From assembly GCA_024998755.1 (NCBI GenBank), contig JACEUU010000002.1, positions 166,045-230,044 of the forward strand: 64,000 nucleotides of DNA. Reading direction: 5' to 3'. The position numbers and the translations under genes are program-made. The notes under the pieces were generated by a model. The model saw nothing but the letters and a program-made list of their open reading frames with translations. It was not told the DNA's origin and made no database searches. Positions 49,394 through 59,349 of this stretch are shown here, piece after piece. The first letter of the stretch is position 1. Each line of letters opens with the position of its first letter. Source of the DNA: Vampirovibrio sp. GTDB lineage: Bacteria > Cyanobacteriota > Vampirovibrionia > Vampirovibrionales > JAJTHC01.

Positions 49394-49423
49394 AGAGAGG
49401 GCGAATATTGCTCTCTCTTTTTT
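49394..49423 (+). terminator. Terminator after the M16 pair
   Basis: gagagggc-gaatatt-gctctctc followed by tttttt. Confidence 0.65.
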
Positions 49424-49450
49424 AATTCGATACTTTCAGGTATACTAAGC

Positions 49451-49846
49451 AGTGCAGAGTTTGCTAGATAGTCGCAGGCAAGGGCTTGAAAAAGTTGTTG
49501 TTTGAGGAAAGTCTGGGCTTCACAGGGCAAGATACGAGCTAACCACTCGTGCGGGCGACCGTGAGGAGAGTGCCACAGAAATGTAAACTGCCGATGGTTT
49601 TTTCTTCACGGAAAAAACACAGGCGATGGTGCAACGGTGAGGTAAAAGCTCACCAGCAAGGTGGAAACGCCTTGGCTAGGTAAACCCTATCTGAAGCAAG
49701 GCTAAGGAATGCGTGGGCGGTCCCGTCCCATTTTCTACCCCGCTATATATTACGAGCGTGTGTTGTGAAACCACGCCAAGACAGATGGCTATCGTTTTAC
49801 GCCGTTGGCGTAGAATAACAGAACCCAGCTTATGGCGAACTCTGCT
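49451..49846 (+). ncRNA. rnpB: RNase P RNA (bacterial type A)
   Basis: P4 GAGGAAAGTCTGGGCTTCACAGGGCAAG. GGTAAAAGCTCACCAGCAAGG. 3' ACAGAACCCAGCTTATGG. P1 pairing gcagagtt / aactctgc. -10 TATACT at 49441..49446. T-run at the 3' end. Confidence 0.85.
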
Positions 49847-49848
49847 TT

Positions 49849-51153
49849 TTATTTACAAAGTTTGATGACTTTATGCAACGCCACTACTAGACGGTCGATG
49901 TCTTCATGGGTGTTGTAAAAACCAAACGTCGCTCTAGCGGTAGCAGAAACATTTAGGCGTTTCATTAAGGGTTGGGCACAATGATGCCCAGTGCGAATGG
50001 CAATACCCTCTAAATCTGCCAGCGTACCAATATCAAAGGCATGAATACCTTCTAGCAAAAAGGAACAAACCGCCGCCTTGTGTTTCGCTTGCCCATAAAG
50101 CGTCAAACCCTCAATTGCTAGCAAAGCATCTGTGGCTTGTTGGCGGAGCGTTTCTTCATACAAAGCGATTCTCTCCAAACCAATCGCCTGTAAATAGCCA
50201 ATCGCCGTTCCTAACCCAATCACTTGAGCAATAGCAGGCGTACCCGCTTCAAACCGAAGGGGCGGGGCTAAAAACGTCGTTTTTTCCAAAGAAACCACGT
50301 CAATCATATCACCCCCAAATTGATAAGGAGGCAAGGTTTCCAGCACCTCATACTTGCCATAAAGCACACCTACCCCCGTAGGCCCGTACAATTTATGCCC
50401 CGAAAACGTAAAGAAATCGCAATCTAACGCCTGCACATCAATCGGCATATGCGGAGCGGATTGAGCTCCATCCACCAAAATTTTAGCTCCCACGGCGTGA
50501 GCCATTTTAGCCATTTCAGCCACAGGGTTGATTGTTCCCAACACATTTGAAACATGAATAACCCCAACCAGCTTCACTTTGCCTGATTGCAATAAGTGGG
50601 CATAAGCCTGCATATCCAATTCGCCCGCATCACTCATGGGAATGACTTTAAGGGTGCAACCCCGTTCCAAGTAAACTTGTTGCCACGGTACAAAATTAGC
50701 GTGGTGTTCCATTGCGGTTACTAAAATTTCATCGCCCGCCTGCAAATGAGCCTTGCCAAAGGTGGTAGCTACCAAGTTGATGGCTTCCGTACAACCCCGA
50801 ACAAACACGATTTCCGTGCTACTTTTGGCATTAATAAAGCCTGCCACTTGTTCCCGAACGGCATCAAATGCAGTGGTTGCACCTTCTGCTAACTTATATA
50901 CCCCTCTACGAACCGTCCCATTTTCGTGGGCGTAAAATTGATTGAGTCTGTTAATAACCGCCCAAGGTTTTTGCGTGGTTGCTCCGTTATCCAAGTATAC
51001 CAAGGATTTACCGTTGACGGTTTCAGCCAACACAGGGAAATCTGCTTTCAACTGAAGCACTTCCGCTTGCGTTAGGCTAGAGGTTGAAAATTGAAACCCA
51101 GAAACCGAAGTAATTACTGAATTTTGAGCGGGCGTTAAAACGGAAGCAGTCAT
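49849..51153 (-). CDS. sufS: Cysteine desulfurase, SufS type
   Basis: PLP lysine region SGHKLYGPTGVGVLYGK. C-terminal RTGHHCAQPL active-site loop. Operon context. Confidence 0.9.
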   Translation of the reverse strand: MTASVLTPAQNSVITSVSGFQFSTSSLTQAEVLQLKADFPVLAETVNGKSLVYLDNGATTQKPWAVINRLNQFYAHENGTVRRGVYKLAEGATTAFDAVREQVAGFINAKSSTEIVFVRGCTEAINLVATTFGKAHLQAGDEILVTAMEHHANFVPWQQVYLERGCTLKVIPMSDAGELDMQAYAHLLQSGKVKLVGVIHVSNVLGTINPVAEMAKMAHAVGAKILVDGAQSAPHMPIDVQALDCDFFTFSGHKLYGPTGVGVLYGKYEVLETLPPYQFGGDMIDVVSLEKTTFLAPPLRFEAGTPAIAQVIGLGTAIGYLQAIGLERIALYEETLRQQATDALLAIEGLTLYGQAKHKAAVCSFLLEGIHAFDIGTLADLEGIAIRTGHHCAQPLMKRLNVSATARATFGFYNTHEDIDRLVVALHKVIKLCK

Positions 51154-51171
51154 GATACGAAACTCTTACTT

Positions 51172-51240
51172 TGTAGGGGCGATTCACGAATCGTCCTTTT
51201 CTAACAATCAATATGGGACGATTCGTGAATCGCCCCTACA
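51172..51240. repeat. Perfect 25-bp-arm REP palindrome (tgtaggggcgattcacgaatcgtcc ...19 nt... ggacgattcgtgaatcgcccctaca) between sufD and sufS
   Basis: Read directly. The two arms are exact reverse complements. Confidence 0.85.
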
Positions 51241-51245
51241 AAAAC

Positions 51246-52643
51246 CTAATGGGCTAATTTTTCTTGAAATAACGTCAGACACTCGGTTTTGAGGGCTTCA
51301 ATACCCGTCACGTTTTCTAGTTGAGAAAGCAAATCCACAACAAAGGCTAAAGTCAGCATATGCCGAGCTTCTTCAGGGGCGATGCCTCTGCTAACCAAGT
51401 AAAAAACCTGTTGCTCATCTAATTGCCCAACCGTTGTACCATGCGAACATTTCACATCATCGGCATCAATTTTTAACCAAGGGCGGGCAAACGCTTTGGC
51501 CTTATTTGAAAGCAACATATTTTTAGAAAGCTGTTTAGCATCAGTTTGTTGCCCGTTGGTGGTTACAAAAATAGACCCATCAAATTCAGATTTCGCTTCA
51601 TCGCCCACAACTGCTTTGAAAATTTGCGAACTTTGACAATTTTCCGCATCATGCGTTAACCGAACATGATTATGGACACTGGTTTTACCGGTAGCCAACG
51701 TAATTCCATTCAAGGTAGCGTTTGCTTCTTGACCCACCAAGTCAACATCCATTGAATGCCGTAATAACGTGCCATTGGAGGCATTAACGGCAAACAAGTT
51801 AAAATGTGCATTTTCATGAACTGTTGCCCGAGTATTAAGCAATTGAACCACATTTTCAGCCGTATGATTAACCAAATAAACCCAATTGAGGGTCGCTCCT
51901 TTAGCTAAAGTTACCGTTGCACAAGCTTGAATATAGGCCTGCAATTGAGATTCCGACGAACAACTAACAACAACCGTAGCACTGGCATTTTCAGCCATCC
52001 GTACCGCCCATTGCGGGAATGCCATAGACGTTTGGCTTTGGTTGACATAAATAACCAACGGTTTTTCCAAAGCAGTATTAGCCGGCACATCTAAAGTCCA
52101 AATATCTTCCGCTAAAGCTCGACCGAGAACACAAAAGGGGTCAACTTCCTGAGCTGTTTTTCCAGCTAACCACTGTTGAAAGTCCGCTTGTTTAGCTTCT
52201 TCTAACTGAGAGAACAACACCCACGGAGCCGCCGCTTGGGGCGATTGATTCTTGGGGAAATTACCATTGCAAACCGTTAAAGTAACCGGTAATTTCAACG
52301 CTTTTTCAAGCCGATAAGGCAACCGACAAGGTTCTAGGTGAGATTGAACGGCTGGCAACGGTTTAGAAACTAACGGTTTTAAATCGATAAATTTCCAAGC
52401 TTCTTGCTGTTTGCGATTAGGTAGGCCTAACGTCATAAAGCGTTCAGCAGCTTGAGATTGAAGTTGCTGAAGGGGGGATTTGTTTGCACCTGTTACTAAA
52501 AGAGGCTGAAGCATTGCTTCCAAAGAAGCTTCAAAAGGCGAAAGAACCGTGGTTAAATTTGCACCCAAAAGGCTTGCCACATCTAACGATGAAGGCTCAT
52601 AAACAGGGGTTGTTTCGGCAGGAGGGGTTAACGTCATGGTCAT
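51246..52643 (-). CDS. sufD: Fe-S cluster assembly protein SufD
   Basis: Position between sufC and sufS. Length 465 aa. SufB/D-fold C-terminal region. Confidence 0.75.
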   Translation of the reverse strand: MTMTLTPPAETTPVYEPSSLDVASLLGANLTTVLSPFEASLEAMLQPLLVTGANKSPLQQLQSQAAERFMTLGLPNRKQQEAWKFIDLKPLVSKPLPAVQSHLEPCRLPYRLEKALKLPVTLTVCNGNFPKNQSPQAAAPWVLFSQLEEAKQADFQQWLAGKTAQEVDPFCVLGRALAEDIWTLDVPANTALEKPLVIYVNQSQTSMAFPQWAVRMAENASATVVVSCSSESQLQAYIQACATVTLAKGATLNWVYLVNHTAENVVQLLNTRATVHENAHFNLFAVNASNGTLLRHSMDVDLVGQEANATLNGITLATGKTSVHNHVRLTHDAENCQSSQIFKAVVGDEAKSEFDGSIFVTTNGQQTDAKQLSKNMLLSNKAKAFARPWLKIDADDVKCSHGTTVGQLDEQQVFYLVSRGIAPEEARHMLTLAFVVDLLSQLENVTGIEALKTECLTLFQEKLAH

Positions 52644-53435
52644 TTACACCGCCACCTCTGCTTGTTGAGGGTGGGGCAATAACCAATCATACCCTTTAGC
52701 TTCCAGTTCTAACGCCAAGGATTTGTCGCCCGAAGTAACAATTTGACCGTTGGCTAAAACATGAACAAACGTTGGTTCAATATAATCTAACAACCGCTGA
52801 TAGTGGGTTACTAACAAAATCGCTTTATCGGCACTCATTAGCTGGTTCACGCCATTAGCTACAATACGCAAGGCGTCAATATCCAAACCAGAATCCGTTT
52901 CATCTAAAATAGAAAGACAGGGGTTAAGCACCGCCATTTGTAGAATTTCGTTCCGCTTTTTTTCTCCGCCCGAAAAGCCGGCATTCACACAGCGGTGCAA
53001 ATAATCGTCTTTCATTTCAACCAACGGTAGCTTCGTTTTCAAAAATTCTGCAAAACCCGCTTCATCTAATTCAGGTAAATCATTCGCTTTTTGTTTGCCA
53101 TTATACGCCATGCGTAAAAAGGTAGTATTATTGACGCCTGGTAATTCAATTGGGTATTGAAATGCCAAGAAAACCCCAGCAGTCGCCCGTTCATTTGGCT
53201 CAAGTTCTAACAGGTTTTGCCCTTTATAAAGCACTTCACCCGCCGTTACTTCAATTGATGGATGCCCTGCCAACACCTTGGAAAGTGTGCTTTTACCCGA
53301 CCCATTCGGGCCCATAATAGCGTGAATTTCGCCCGCATTGACGGTTAAGTTTAAGCCATTCAGAATTTTTTGTCCGCCATTGGCAACTTGGGCGTGAAGA
53401 TTCGTAATTTGTAGTAAGGGAGCTTGGTTTGTCAT
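52644..53435 (-). CDS. sufC: Fe-S cluster assembly ATPase SufC
   Basis: Walker A GPNGSGKST. ABC signature LSGGEKKR. Walker B ILDETDSGLD. Confidence 0.9.
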   Translation of the reverse strand: MTNQAPLLQITNLHAQVANGGQKILNGLNLTVNAGEIHAIMGPNGSGKSTLSKVLAGHPSIEVTAGEVLYKGQNLLELEPNERATAGVFLAFQYPIELPGVNNTTFLRMAYNGKQKANDLPELDEAGFAEFLKTKLPLVEMKDDYLHRCVNAGFSGGEKKRNEILQMAVLNPCLSILDETDSGLDIDALRIVANGVNQLMSADKAILLVTHYQRLLDYIEPTFVHVLANGQIVTSGDKSLALELEAKGYDWLLPHPQQAEVAV

Positions 53436-53475
53436 TATTCAGTTTCCTTTAGTGATAGAGTATAAAATTAAAAAC

Positions 53476-54918
53476 TTAACCGACGGAATTTTCCAGTTTA
53501 ATAGCCAGTAATTTACCCGCTTCCGCTGCAAATTCTCCGGGTAATTCATTGAAAACATCTTGGCAAAAGCCGCTAACCAAGGTGGCAACAGCCTCTTCGG
53601 TAGGAATGCCTCTTGATTGAAAGTAAAACAGCTGGTCTTCACTAATTCTAGAAGTCGTCGCTTCATGTTCCAAATTGGCGGAAGGGTTTTCAACCTGAAT
53701 ATAAGGGTAAGTGTTGGCGTGGCACGTTTGCCCAATCAACATAGAATCACACTGGGTAAAGTTTCGAGCATTTTCGGCATTGGGTTTAATAACCACGCTA
53801 CCCCGATAAGAATTTTTCGAGACCCCTGCGGAAATGCCCTTAGAAACAATCCGGCTTCTGGTATTCTTACCTAAATGAATCATCTTAGTGCCAGTATCTG
53901 CCTGTTGAAAGTGGTTAGTCAACGCAACGGAATAAAATTCGCCTACGCTATCATCACCCGTTAAAATGCAACTAGGATACTTCCAAGTAATAGCCGAACC
54001 TGTTTCCACCTGCGTCCAAAAAATACGAGACCGATTCCCCTTGCAGTTGCCCCGCTTGGTAACAAAGTTGTAAATACCACCCGCCCCAGTTTTAGGGTCG
54101 CCGGCAAACCAGTTTTGTACGGTGGAGTACTTAATTTCAGCATCATCTAACGCAATTAGTTCTACTACCGCAGCGTGCAGTTGTTTGCTATCAAATTTTG
54201 GGGCGGTACAGCCTTCCAAATAGCTGACTTTTGAACCTTTATCAGCAATAATCAACGTCCGTTCAAACTGACCTGTCCCTTCCGTATTGATGCGGAAATA
54301 GGTCGACAAATCCATTGGGCAAGTAACACCTTCAGGAATGTAGACAAACGACCCTTCCGTAAAAACGGCGGAATTAAGGGCAGAAAAGTAATTGTCTGTT
54401 GCTGGTACAACCGTACCAATGTACTTTTTTACCAGTTCAGGGTGTTCTTCCAAGGCTTCAGTTAATGAGCAAAAAATAACGCCGTGTTTCGCTAAATCCT
54501 TTTTAAAAGTAGTTGCAATTGAAACGCTGTCAAAAACGGCATCTACAGCTACATTACTCAGCCGTTTTTGCTCTGAAAGCGGAATGCCTAATTTAGCAAA
54601 AGTTGCCAATAATTCAGGGTCTACTTCATCTAAACTCTGTTTTTTTTCCACACTTTTAGGGGCAGAATAATAAATAATATCTTGAAAATCGATGGGAGGA
54701 TAATCCACATCCGCCCAAGTGGGAGGTTCCATCGTTAGCCATTGATGATAAGACTTCAAGCGGAAATCCAGCATAAAATCAGGCTCACCTTTTTTGGCGG
54801 AAATAGCCCGAACCACATCTTCACTTAACCCTTTCGGGAAAGCGTCAGATTCTATGGCACTGGTAAAACCAAACTGATAGTCTTGGTTTATGGCATCTAT
54901 TGTTTGGGTTGTAGACAT
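53476..54918 (-). CDS. sufB: Fe-S cluster assembly protein SufB
   Basis: 480 aa. Conserved SufB core ([13 protein letters not shown]...). Confidence 0.9.
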   Translation of the reverse strand: MSTTQTIDAINQDYQFGFTSAIESDAFPKGLSEDVVRAISAKKGEPDFMLDFRLKSYHQWLTMEPPTWADVDYPPIDFQDIIYYSAPKSVEKKQSLDEVDPELLATFAKLGIPLSEQKRLSNVAVDAVFDSVSIATTFKKDLAKHGVIFCSLTEALEEHPELVKKYIGTVVPATDNYFSALNSAVFTEGSFVYIPEGVTCPMDLSTYFRINTEGTGQFERTLIIADKGSKVSYLEGCTAPKFDSKQLHAAVVELIALDDAEIKYSTVQNWFAGDPKTGAGGIYNFVTKRGNCKGNRSRIFWTQVETGSAITWKYPSCILTGDDSVGEFYSVALTNHFQQADTGTKMIHLGKNTRSRIVSKGISAGVSKNSYRGSVVIKPNAENARNFTQCDSMLIGQTCHANTYPYIQVENPSANLEHEATTSRISEDQLFYFQSRGIPTEEAVATLVSGFCQDVFNELPGEFAAEAGKLLAIKLENSVG

Positions 54919-54976
54919 TTTAGGGGTTTCCAGACGATATAATAATTGACATTAATTTAATGAGAAAAAAGCCGTA

Positions 54977-55528
54977 TTAGTTCCAATGAATGCCTTGATG
55001 AGGGCATTGTTCGCAACAATCTTGGTCGGGTTTTTCCACTGCACACGGTTCACAGTGGTCAGTTAGTACAGCTAATCGTTGGTCTAATTCAGCTTGCATA
55101 GCTTGTAAGGAAGCCAGTTTTTCACGAATAGTAATTGATTGCTTAGTAAGCGTAGTTTTAGTAAATCCCACTCTTCTTTTACGAGTATAGGCACTATGCC
55201 CTTCAGAAGATTTACCGAGCAACGCACTAATTTCTTCTAAACTATAGTGCAATTCTTGCAAAGCCAGAATGGCATTAACCCGTTTAATTGTAGCAGAAAC
55301 ATACAACCGATACCCACCTGCACTTCGTGTTTCAGGGGTTATTAAGTCTAATTCTTCATAATAGCGAAGTGTTCTTACCGTGGCATTACACGCCTTGGCT
55401 AAATCACCAATGGTTAGCATTTTTTCTGTAGAACTTGGTGCTTGGTTAACTGGTTTTGTTTCAACGCTTTGGGCTGATTTCATGGTGAATGAACCTTCTA
55501 TTTCTTCGACGCAATTAGAGCATACCAA
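54977..55528 (-). CDS. MerR-family transcriptional regulator with a C-terminal Cys cluster (probable start at MLTIGDLAK, coordinate 55420)
   Basis: MerR HTH MLTIGDLAKACNATVRTLRYYEELDLI. Coiled-coil dimerisation helix. C-terminus CEPCAVEKPDQDCCEQCPHQ (five Cys). Directly upstream of and co-directional with sufB. Confidence 0.6.
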   Translation of the reverse strand: MVCSNCVEEIEGSFTMKSAQSVETKPVNQAPSSTEKMLTIGDLAKACNATVRTLRYYEELDLITPETRSAGGYRLYVSATIKRVNAILALQELHYSLEEISALLGKSSEGHSAYTRKRRVGFTKTTLTKQSITIREKLASLQAMQAELDQRLAVLTDHCEPCAVEKPDQDCCEQCPHQGIHWN

Positions 55529-55571
55529 ACACTAACGCTTACGTCAATGTTTAAACCCTCTTTTTTAACAG

Positions 55572-56558
55572 TTGAATATACTTTCGTTCTATTCATACCT
55601 TTTGAGCTATAATAACGAGTGCTTACATACAATAGAAAGCTTTTATGCCTTTATGATATCTGGCTATAATACACACGCAGAAACGTGGCTTGCTGGCTTG
55701 CAACACCTCATGCCCATTGATTCTCATTTACTACTAATCAAAGAATATACCCTCGCTATTTTAATTTTCATGGCGGCATCAGGGCTGATTGTTGGGTTCT
55801 TATCAGGGTTTATTGGGGTTGCGGGCGGTATGTTTACCGTTTCATTCTTAGTTTTGTTAGCCCCGCTGATGTTTGGTGCAGATATTATTACAGTGCAAGC
55901 AGCAACAGGGGTAGCAGCAGTTCAGGGGTTAGCAAGCACCATTTCTGGGTCTATCGCTCATTTCCGTAATAAAACGTTAAATTTAGGCTTTCTGTGGTAT
56001 TTCGGGTTACCTTCTATTCTGGGTAGCTATATTGGCACGCAATGGTCTGCCCAATGGAGTCGTAACACCATTTTGATGGTGATGGCAACGTTGTTAGCTT
56101 CGGCTATATATTTAGGCTTTAAAAAATACAAAGCTATGGGACACCCCACCTTTCAAACGCCAGAACCCCTAAGCAGTATTGACCAATTTATTTGGCCTCA
56201 TTGGTCTATTCAACTGGTTTGTATTTTTATTGGGGTACTTTCGGGTATTTTAGGCATTGGCGGAGCCGTATTGCTCGTTCCGTTAATGAGCGATGGACAG
56301 GGAATGCCGTTACGTCAAGCCATTATTACGGCTACGGGTAGTGTTGTTTTGACTTCTGTAGGCACGCTGATAGGCAAATGGCAGGCAGGGTTAATTCCGT
56401 GGGAATTTTCCGTAGTGGTTTCTATTTTAGCTTTTGCCGGCGGATGGATTGGGGCAAAAACGCAAGGTAAAGTGGGTAATAGGCAATTACGAATGTTTCA
56501 TATTGGGTTAATGGCACTCATGCTAGCCGAAACCATTCGAAAGCTGTTTTTTTCTTGA
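55572..56558 (+). CDS. TauE/SafE (TSUP) family anion exporter
   Basis: Two internal repeats with GxxxG-rich TM helices (GFLSGFIGVAGG; GVLSGILGIGGAVLLVP). Confidence 0.65.
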   Translation: MNILSFYSYLLSYNNECLHTIESFYAFMISGYNTHAETWLAGLQHLMPIDSHLLLIKEYTLAILIFMAASGLIVGFLSGFIGVAGGMFTVSFLVLLAPLMFGADIITVQAATGVAAVQGLASTISGSIAHFRNKTLNLGFLWYFGLPSILGSYIGTQWSAQWSRNTILMVMATLLASAIYLGFKKYKAMGHPTFQTPEPLSSIDQFIWPHWSIQLVCIFIGVLSGILGIGGAVLLVPLMSDGQGMPLRQAIITATGSVVLTSVGTLIGKWQAGLIPWEFSVVVSILAFAGGWIGAKTQGKVGNRQLRMFHIGLMALMLAETIRKLFFS

Positions 56559-56738
56559 AATGATTGATCTAAAAATTAACTTTTTATTTATGCTATTTAT
56601 GAGTCGTGTGTTGTTGAGGTGTGACTTAGTAGCAGCCCTGGCAATCTGTCTATACGTTATATTAGATTTGTCTAAGGATTACAAAACGGATGCCATAAAA
56701 TGGCACCCGTACAGGTAGAAAAATTAGTTAAAATATTA

Positions 56739-56878
56739 GAGGTTACGGAAAAAGCCCCATTGGGCGTGCTAATTTCGTTACTGTGGTACTCATTTCGGTT
56801 ATTTACTAGGGGTAAACGCCCTAATTCCGTTTCTCGTGCCTCATTATCCCATCCCACTGAGACTTTTTCCGTAACCTC
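56739..56878. repeat. ~140-bp element bounded by perfect 16-bp inverted repeats (gaggttacggaaaaag / ctttttccgtaacctc); MITE-like
   Basis: Read directly. Lies between the convergent TauE and metK genes. Confidence 0.6.
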
Positions 56879-56907
56879 ATTATACTAATTCACAGTTTGA
56901 ATAGGTA

Positions 56908-58239
56908 TTAAACAGAGCAAGCCACTGCCACGGATTGTTTAACAATTTCAGGTAGTGCTAAACTAGGCACTAACGCTTTTGCTACCAACCGAACTTTGGC
57001 TACGGCATCTACCTGCTCCCAAGGTACATAAAAATCCTCACGCCCAACGTGTCCGTAAGCGGCTAGCTTTTGGTAAAAACGCCCACCTTGTTCAGCTGGC
57101 ATTAACCGCAATTTAAATTGCTGAATAATCGCTGCAGGACGCAAATCAAACACTTGACCCACAATGGCGGAAAGCACGGAATCATCCAAACCTTCGCACG
57201 CAGTACCAAACGAATCCACCAACACAGAGGTCGGTTTTGCCACGCCAATGGCATAACTTAATTGCAATTCACATTTTTTAGCCAAACCAGCAGCCACCAA
57301 GTTTTTAGCCACATAACGAGCAGCATACGCAGCCGAACGGTCTACTTTCGTGGGATCTTTTCCGCTAAACGCTCCACCACCGTGGCGGGCATACCCACCG
57401 TAAGTATCAACAATAATTTTACGTCCCGTCAACCCAGAGTCGCCTTGAGGCCCACCGACGACAAACCGTCCGCTGGGATTGATAAAATAAATGGTATCCG
57501 CATCAGGCACAACCGTTGAAAACTGCTGGAAAACAGGAGCAATAACATATTGTTTTAAGTCATCTGAAATGCGTTTTTGAACGGCGTCATTATCGCTAAC
57601 ACCTTCAATTTCAGGGGCGTGTTGTGTAGAAATAACGATGGTGTCAATCCGTTTGGGTTGACCGTTTTCGTATTCCACGGTTACTTGAGATTTCCCATCG
57701 GGACGTAGGTAGCTTAGCGTGCCATCTTTCCGAACTTTCGCTAATTGTTGCACCAATGCGTGCGAAAGAGCAATAGGTAAAGGCATTAAGGTGGGGGTTT
57801 CAGTACAGGCGTAACCAAACATTAAGCCTTGGTCGCCCGCCCCAATTTTATCCATTTCGTCGTGAGAAAGTTCGTTTCTAGCTTCGGTTGCGGTGTTAAC
57901 GCCACCGGCAATATCAACCGATTGTTCGTCAATGCTCAACAAAATACCGCAAGAATGTCCATCAAAGCCACCACCGTTAATGCCTTCGTAGCCGATATCG
58001 CAAACCACTCGGCGGGCTATGCTGGAAATATCCACATAGGTAGATGAGGTGATTTCGCCTGTAACCATTACTAAACCCGTGTTTACAACGGTTTCGGCGG
58101 CTACTCTAGCCATGGGATCTTGCGTTAAAAAGGCGTCTAACACGGCATCAGAAATTTGGTCGCAAATTTTGTCGGGGTGTCCTTCGGTAACGGATTCCGA
58201 TGTAAACAGGGAACGATTTTTTGTGGTGATGCTGGTCAT
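56908..58239 (-). CDS. metK: S-adenosylmethionine synthetase
   Basis: [27 protein letters not shown] and DTYGG motifs. Confidence 0.9.
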   Translation of the reverse strand: MTSITTKNRSLFTSESVTEGHPDKICDQISDAVLDAFLTQDPMARVAAETVVNTGLVMVTGEITSSTYVDISSIARRVVCDIGYEGINGGGFDGHSCGILLSIDEQSVDIAGGVNTATEARNELSHDEMDKIGAGDQGLMFGYACTETPTLMPLPIALSHALVQQLAKVRKDGTLSYLRPDGKSQVTVEYENGQPKRIDTIVISTQHAPEIEGVSDNDAVQKRISDDLKQYVIAPVFQQFSTVVPDADTIYFINPSGRFVVGGPQGDSGLTGRKIIVDTYGGYARHGGGAFSGKDPTKVDRSAAYAARYVAKNLVAAGLAKKCELQLSYAIGVAKPTSVLVDSFGTACEGLDDSVLSAIVGQVFDLRPAAIIQQFKLRLMPAEQGGRFYQKLAAYGHVGREDFYVPWEQVDAVAKVRLVAKALVPSLALPEIVKQSVAVACSV

Positions 58240-58343
58240 TGCTTATTCCTTCTTCATAATTAAGTTGGGGATGGTAACTTTTCCCCATTACAGCCTTTTA
58301 GTTTCTGCCAAACATGGCGATAGGTCAACCACTAATGAACACG

Positions 58344-59264
58344 TTACTTAACCCTGTTTGCCAGTTCTCCCACTACAGCTTTGTAAGCGGAGTTATCAAT
58401 AACAGCTTCGTGTAGTCGTTCTAGCAAGGTTTTTTCTAAGGCAGTCTCTTCAAAACGGATTCCAGCCTTGTTCAAATCTTGAATGGTTGTTTTTGTTTGT
58501 AAAATTGAGGAGAAAACTTCAATTATCTGGGATGCTGGAATGTCAATCCCCTTAACCATCAAACTTTGTTTTTTGGGTAAAAGATTCTCTAAATGCTTGA
58601 TGTAACCGGTAAATTGTGGTTGCAAAGCATAAGGATTTTGAATAGTGGTTTGATTTTTGGGTAACCGTCCAATAGTTTCAACACGTGTTTTAATAAACTT
58701 ACCTTCAAGTATTGATTCTCGTGGATTTTCATTTCCAAGTAGAGTTAATACTTGTAGCAGAGCGTTAGGAATTTCTGCGGAACTCTTCTTGTAAGGCAAT
58801 TTCATTCCTTCCAGAGCAGTAGCCAGTTCCTCATATGCCCCACTCTTAACGAGTGACGGAAGTTCTTCTTTCTTTTTAGGCAAAAGCTTTGTGCTTAAAG
58901 GCTGTAATTCTTTTTCAGCAAAATAAGATCTCTTCACTGATTCAACAGAGGAGTATTTATCCTCTGAAGCTTCCACAATTTCTTTCTCCACCGTGGTAAT
59001 TTGTTCGGCAAGTAATTCAAAATAAAGTTGCTGTTTTTGTTGTTCCAGTTCCTTGATAGATGGAGACAGTTTTACTTCAACAGCTGATGGAGTAAAACTG
59101 TCTGACTGGGTAGTATTAATTAAATTCCCAGACCTTTGTTTTATCTGAAGGCTACCTACTTTTGTAAAACTATTAACAACAGGAGAGGGTATAAATAGAC
59201 CGATTTGATTCATTGTAATTACCATTTTCTTAGAACTTGAGAGAGAAAGAGAGAAAATTATCAA
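58344..59264 (-). CDS. Hypothetical protein (start probably internal, at MNQIGLF)
   Basis: 306-aa ORF upstream of metK on the same strand. No motif recognised. Confidence 0.4.
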   Translation of the reverse strand: MIIFSLSLSSSKKMVITMNQIGLFIPSPVVNSFTKVGSLQIKQRSGNLINTTQSDSFTPSAVEVKLSPSIKELEQQKQQLYFELLAEQITTVEKEIVEASEDKYSSVESVKRSYFAEKELQPLSTKLLPKKKEELPSLVKSGAYEELATALEGMKLPYKKSSAEIPNALLQVLTLLGNENPRESILEGKFIKTRVETIGRLPKNQTTIQNPYALQPQFTGYIKHLENLLPKKQSLMVKGIDIPASQIIEVFSSILQTKTTIQDLNKAGIRFEETALEKTLLERLHEAVIDNSAYKAVVGELANRVK

Positions 59265-59349
59265 TTAAAGATGAGATGCTATTGTCTTACTTAATAATTA
59301 TTCTTATAACTTTTTTTATATAACAGTAAACAAACCTTAAAAACAAGGG

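Noticed and set aside
56672-56888. ORFs 56672..56857 (-) and 56700..56888 (+)
   Set aside because: Both overlap the 140-bp inverted-repeat element between tauE and metK. They are more parsimoniously read-through of a repeat than genes.
58240-58343. SAM riboswitch upstream of metK
   Set aside because: The gap to the upstream co-directional gene is only ~100 bp and lacks the conserved SAM-I/II core. metK is probably co-transcribed.
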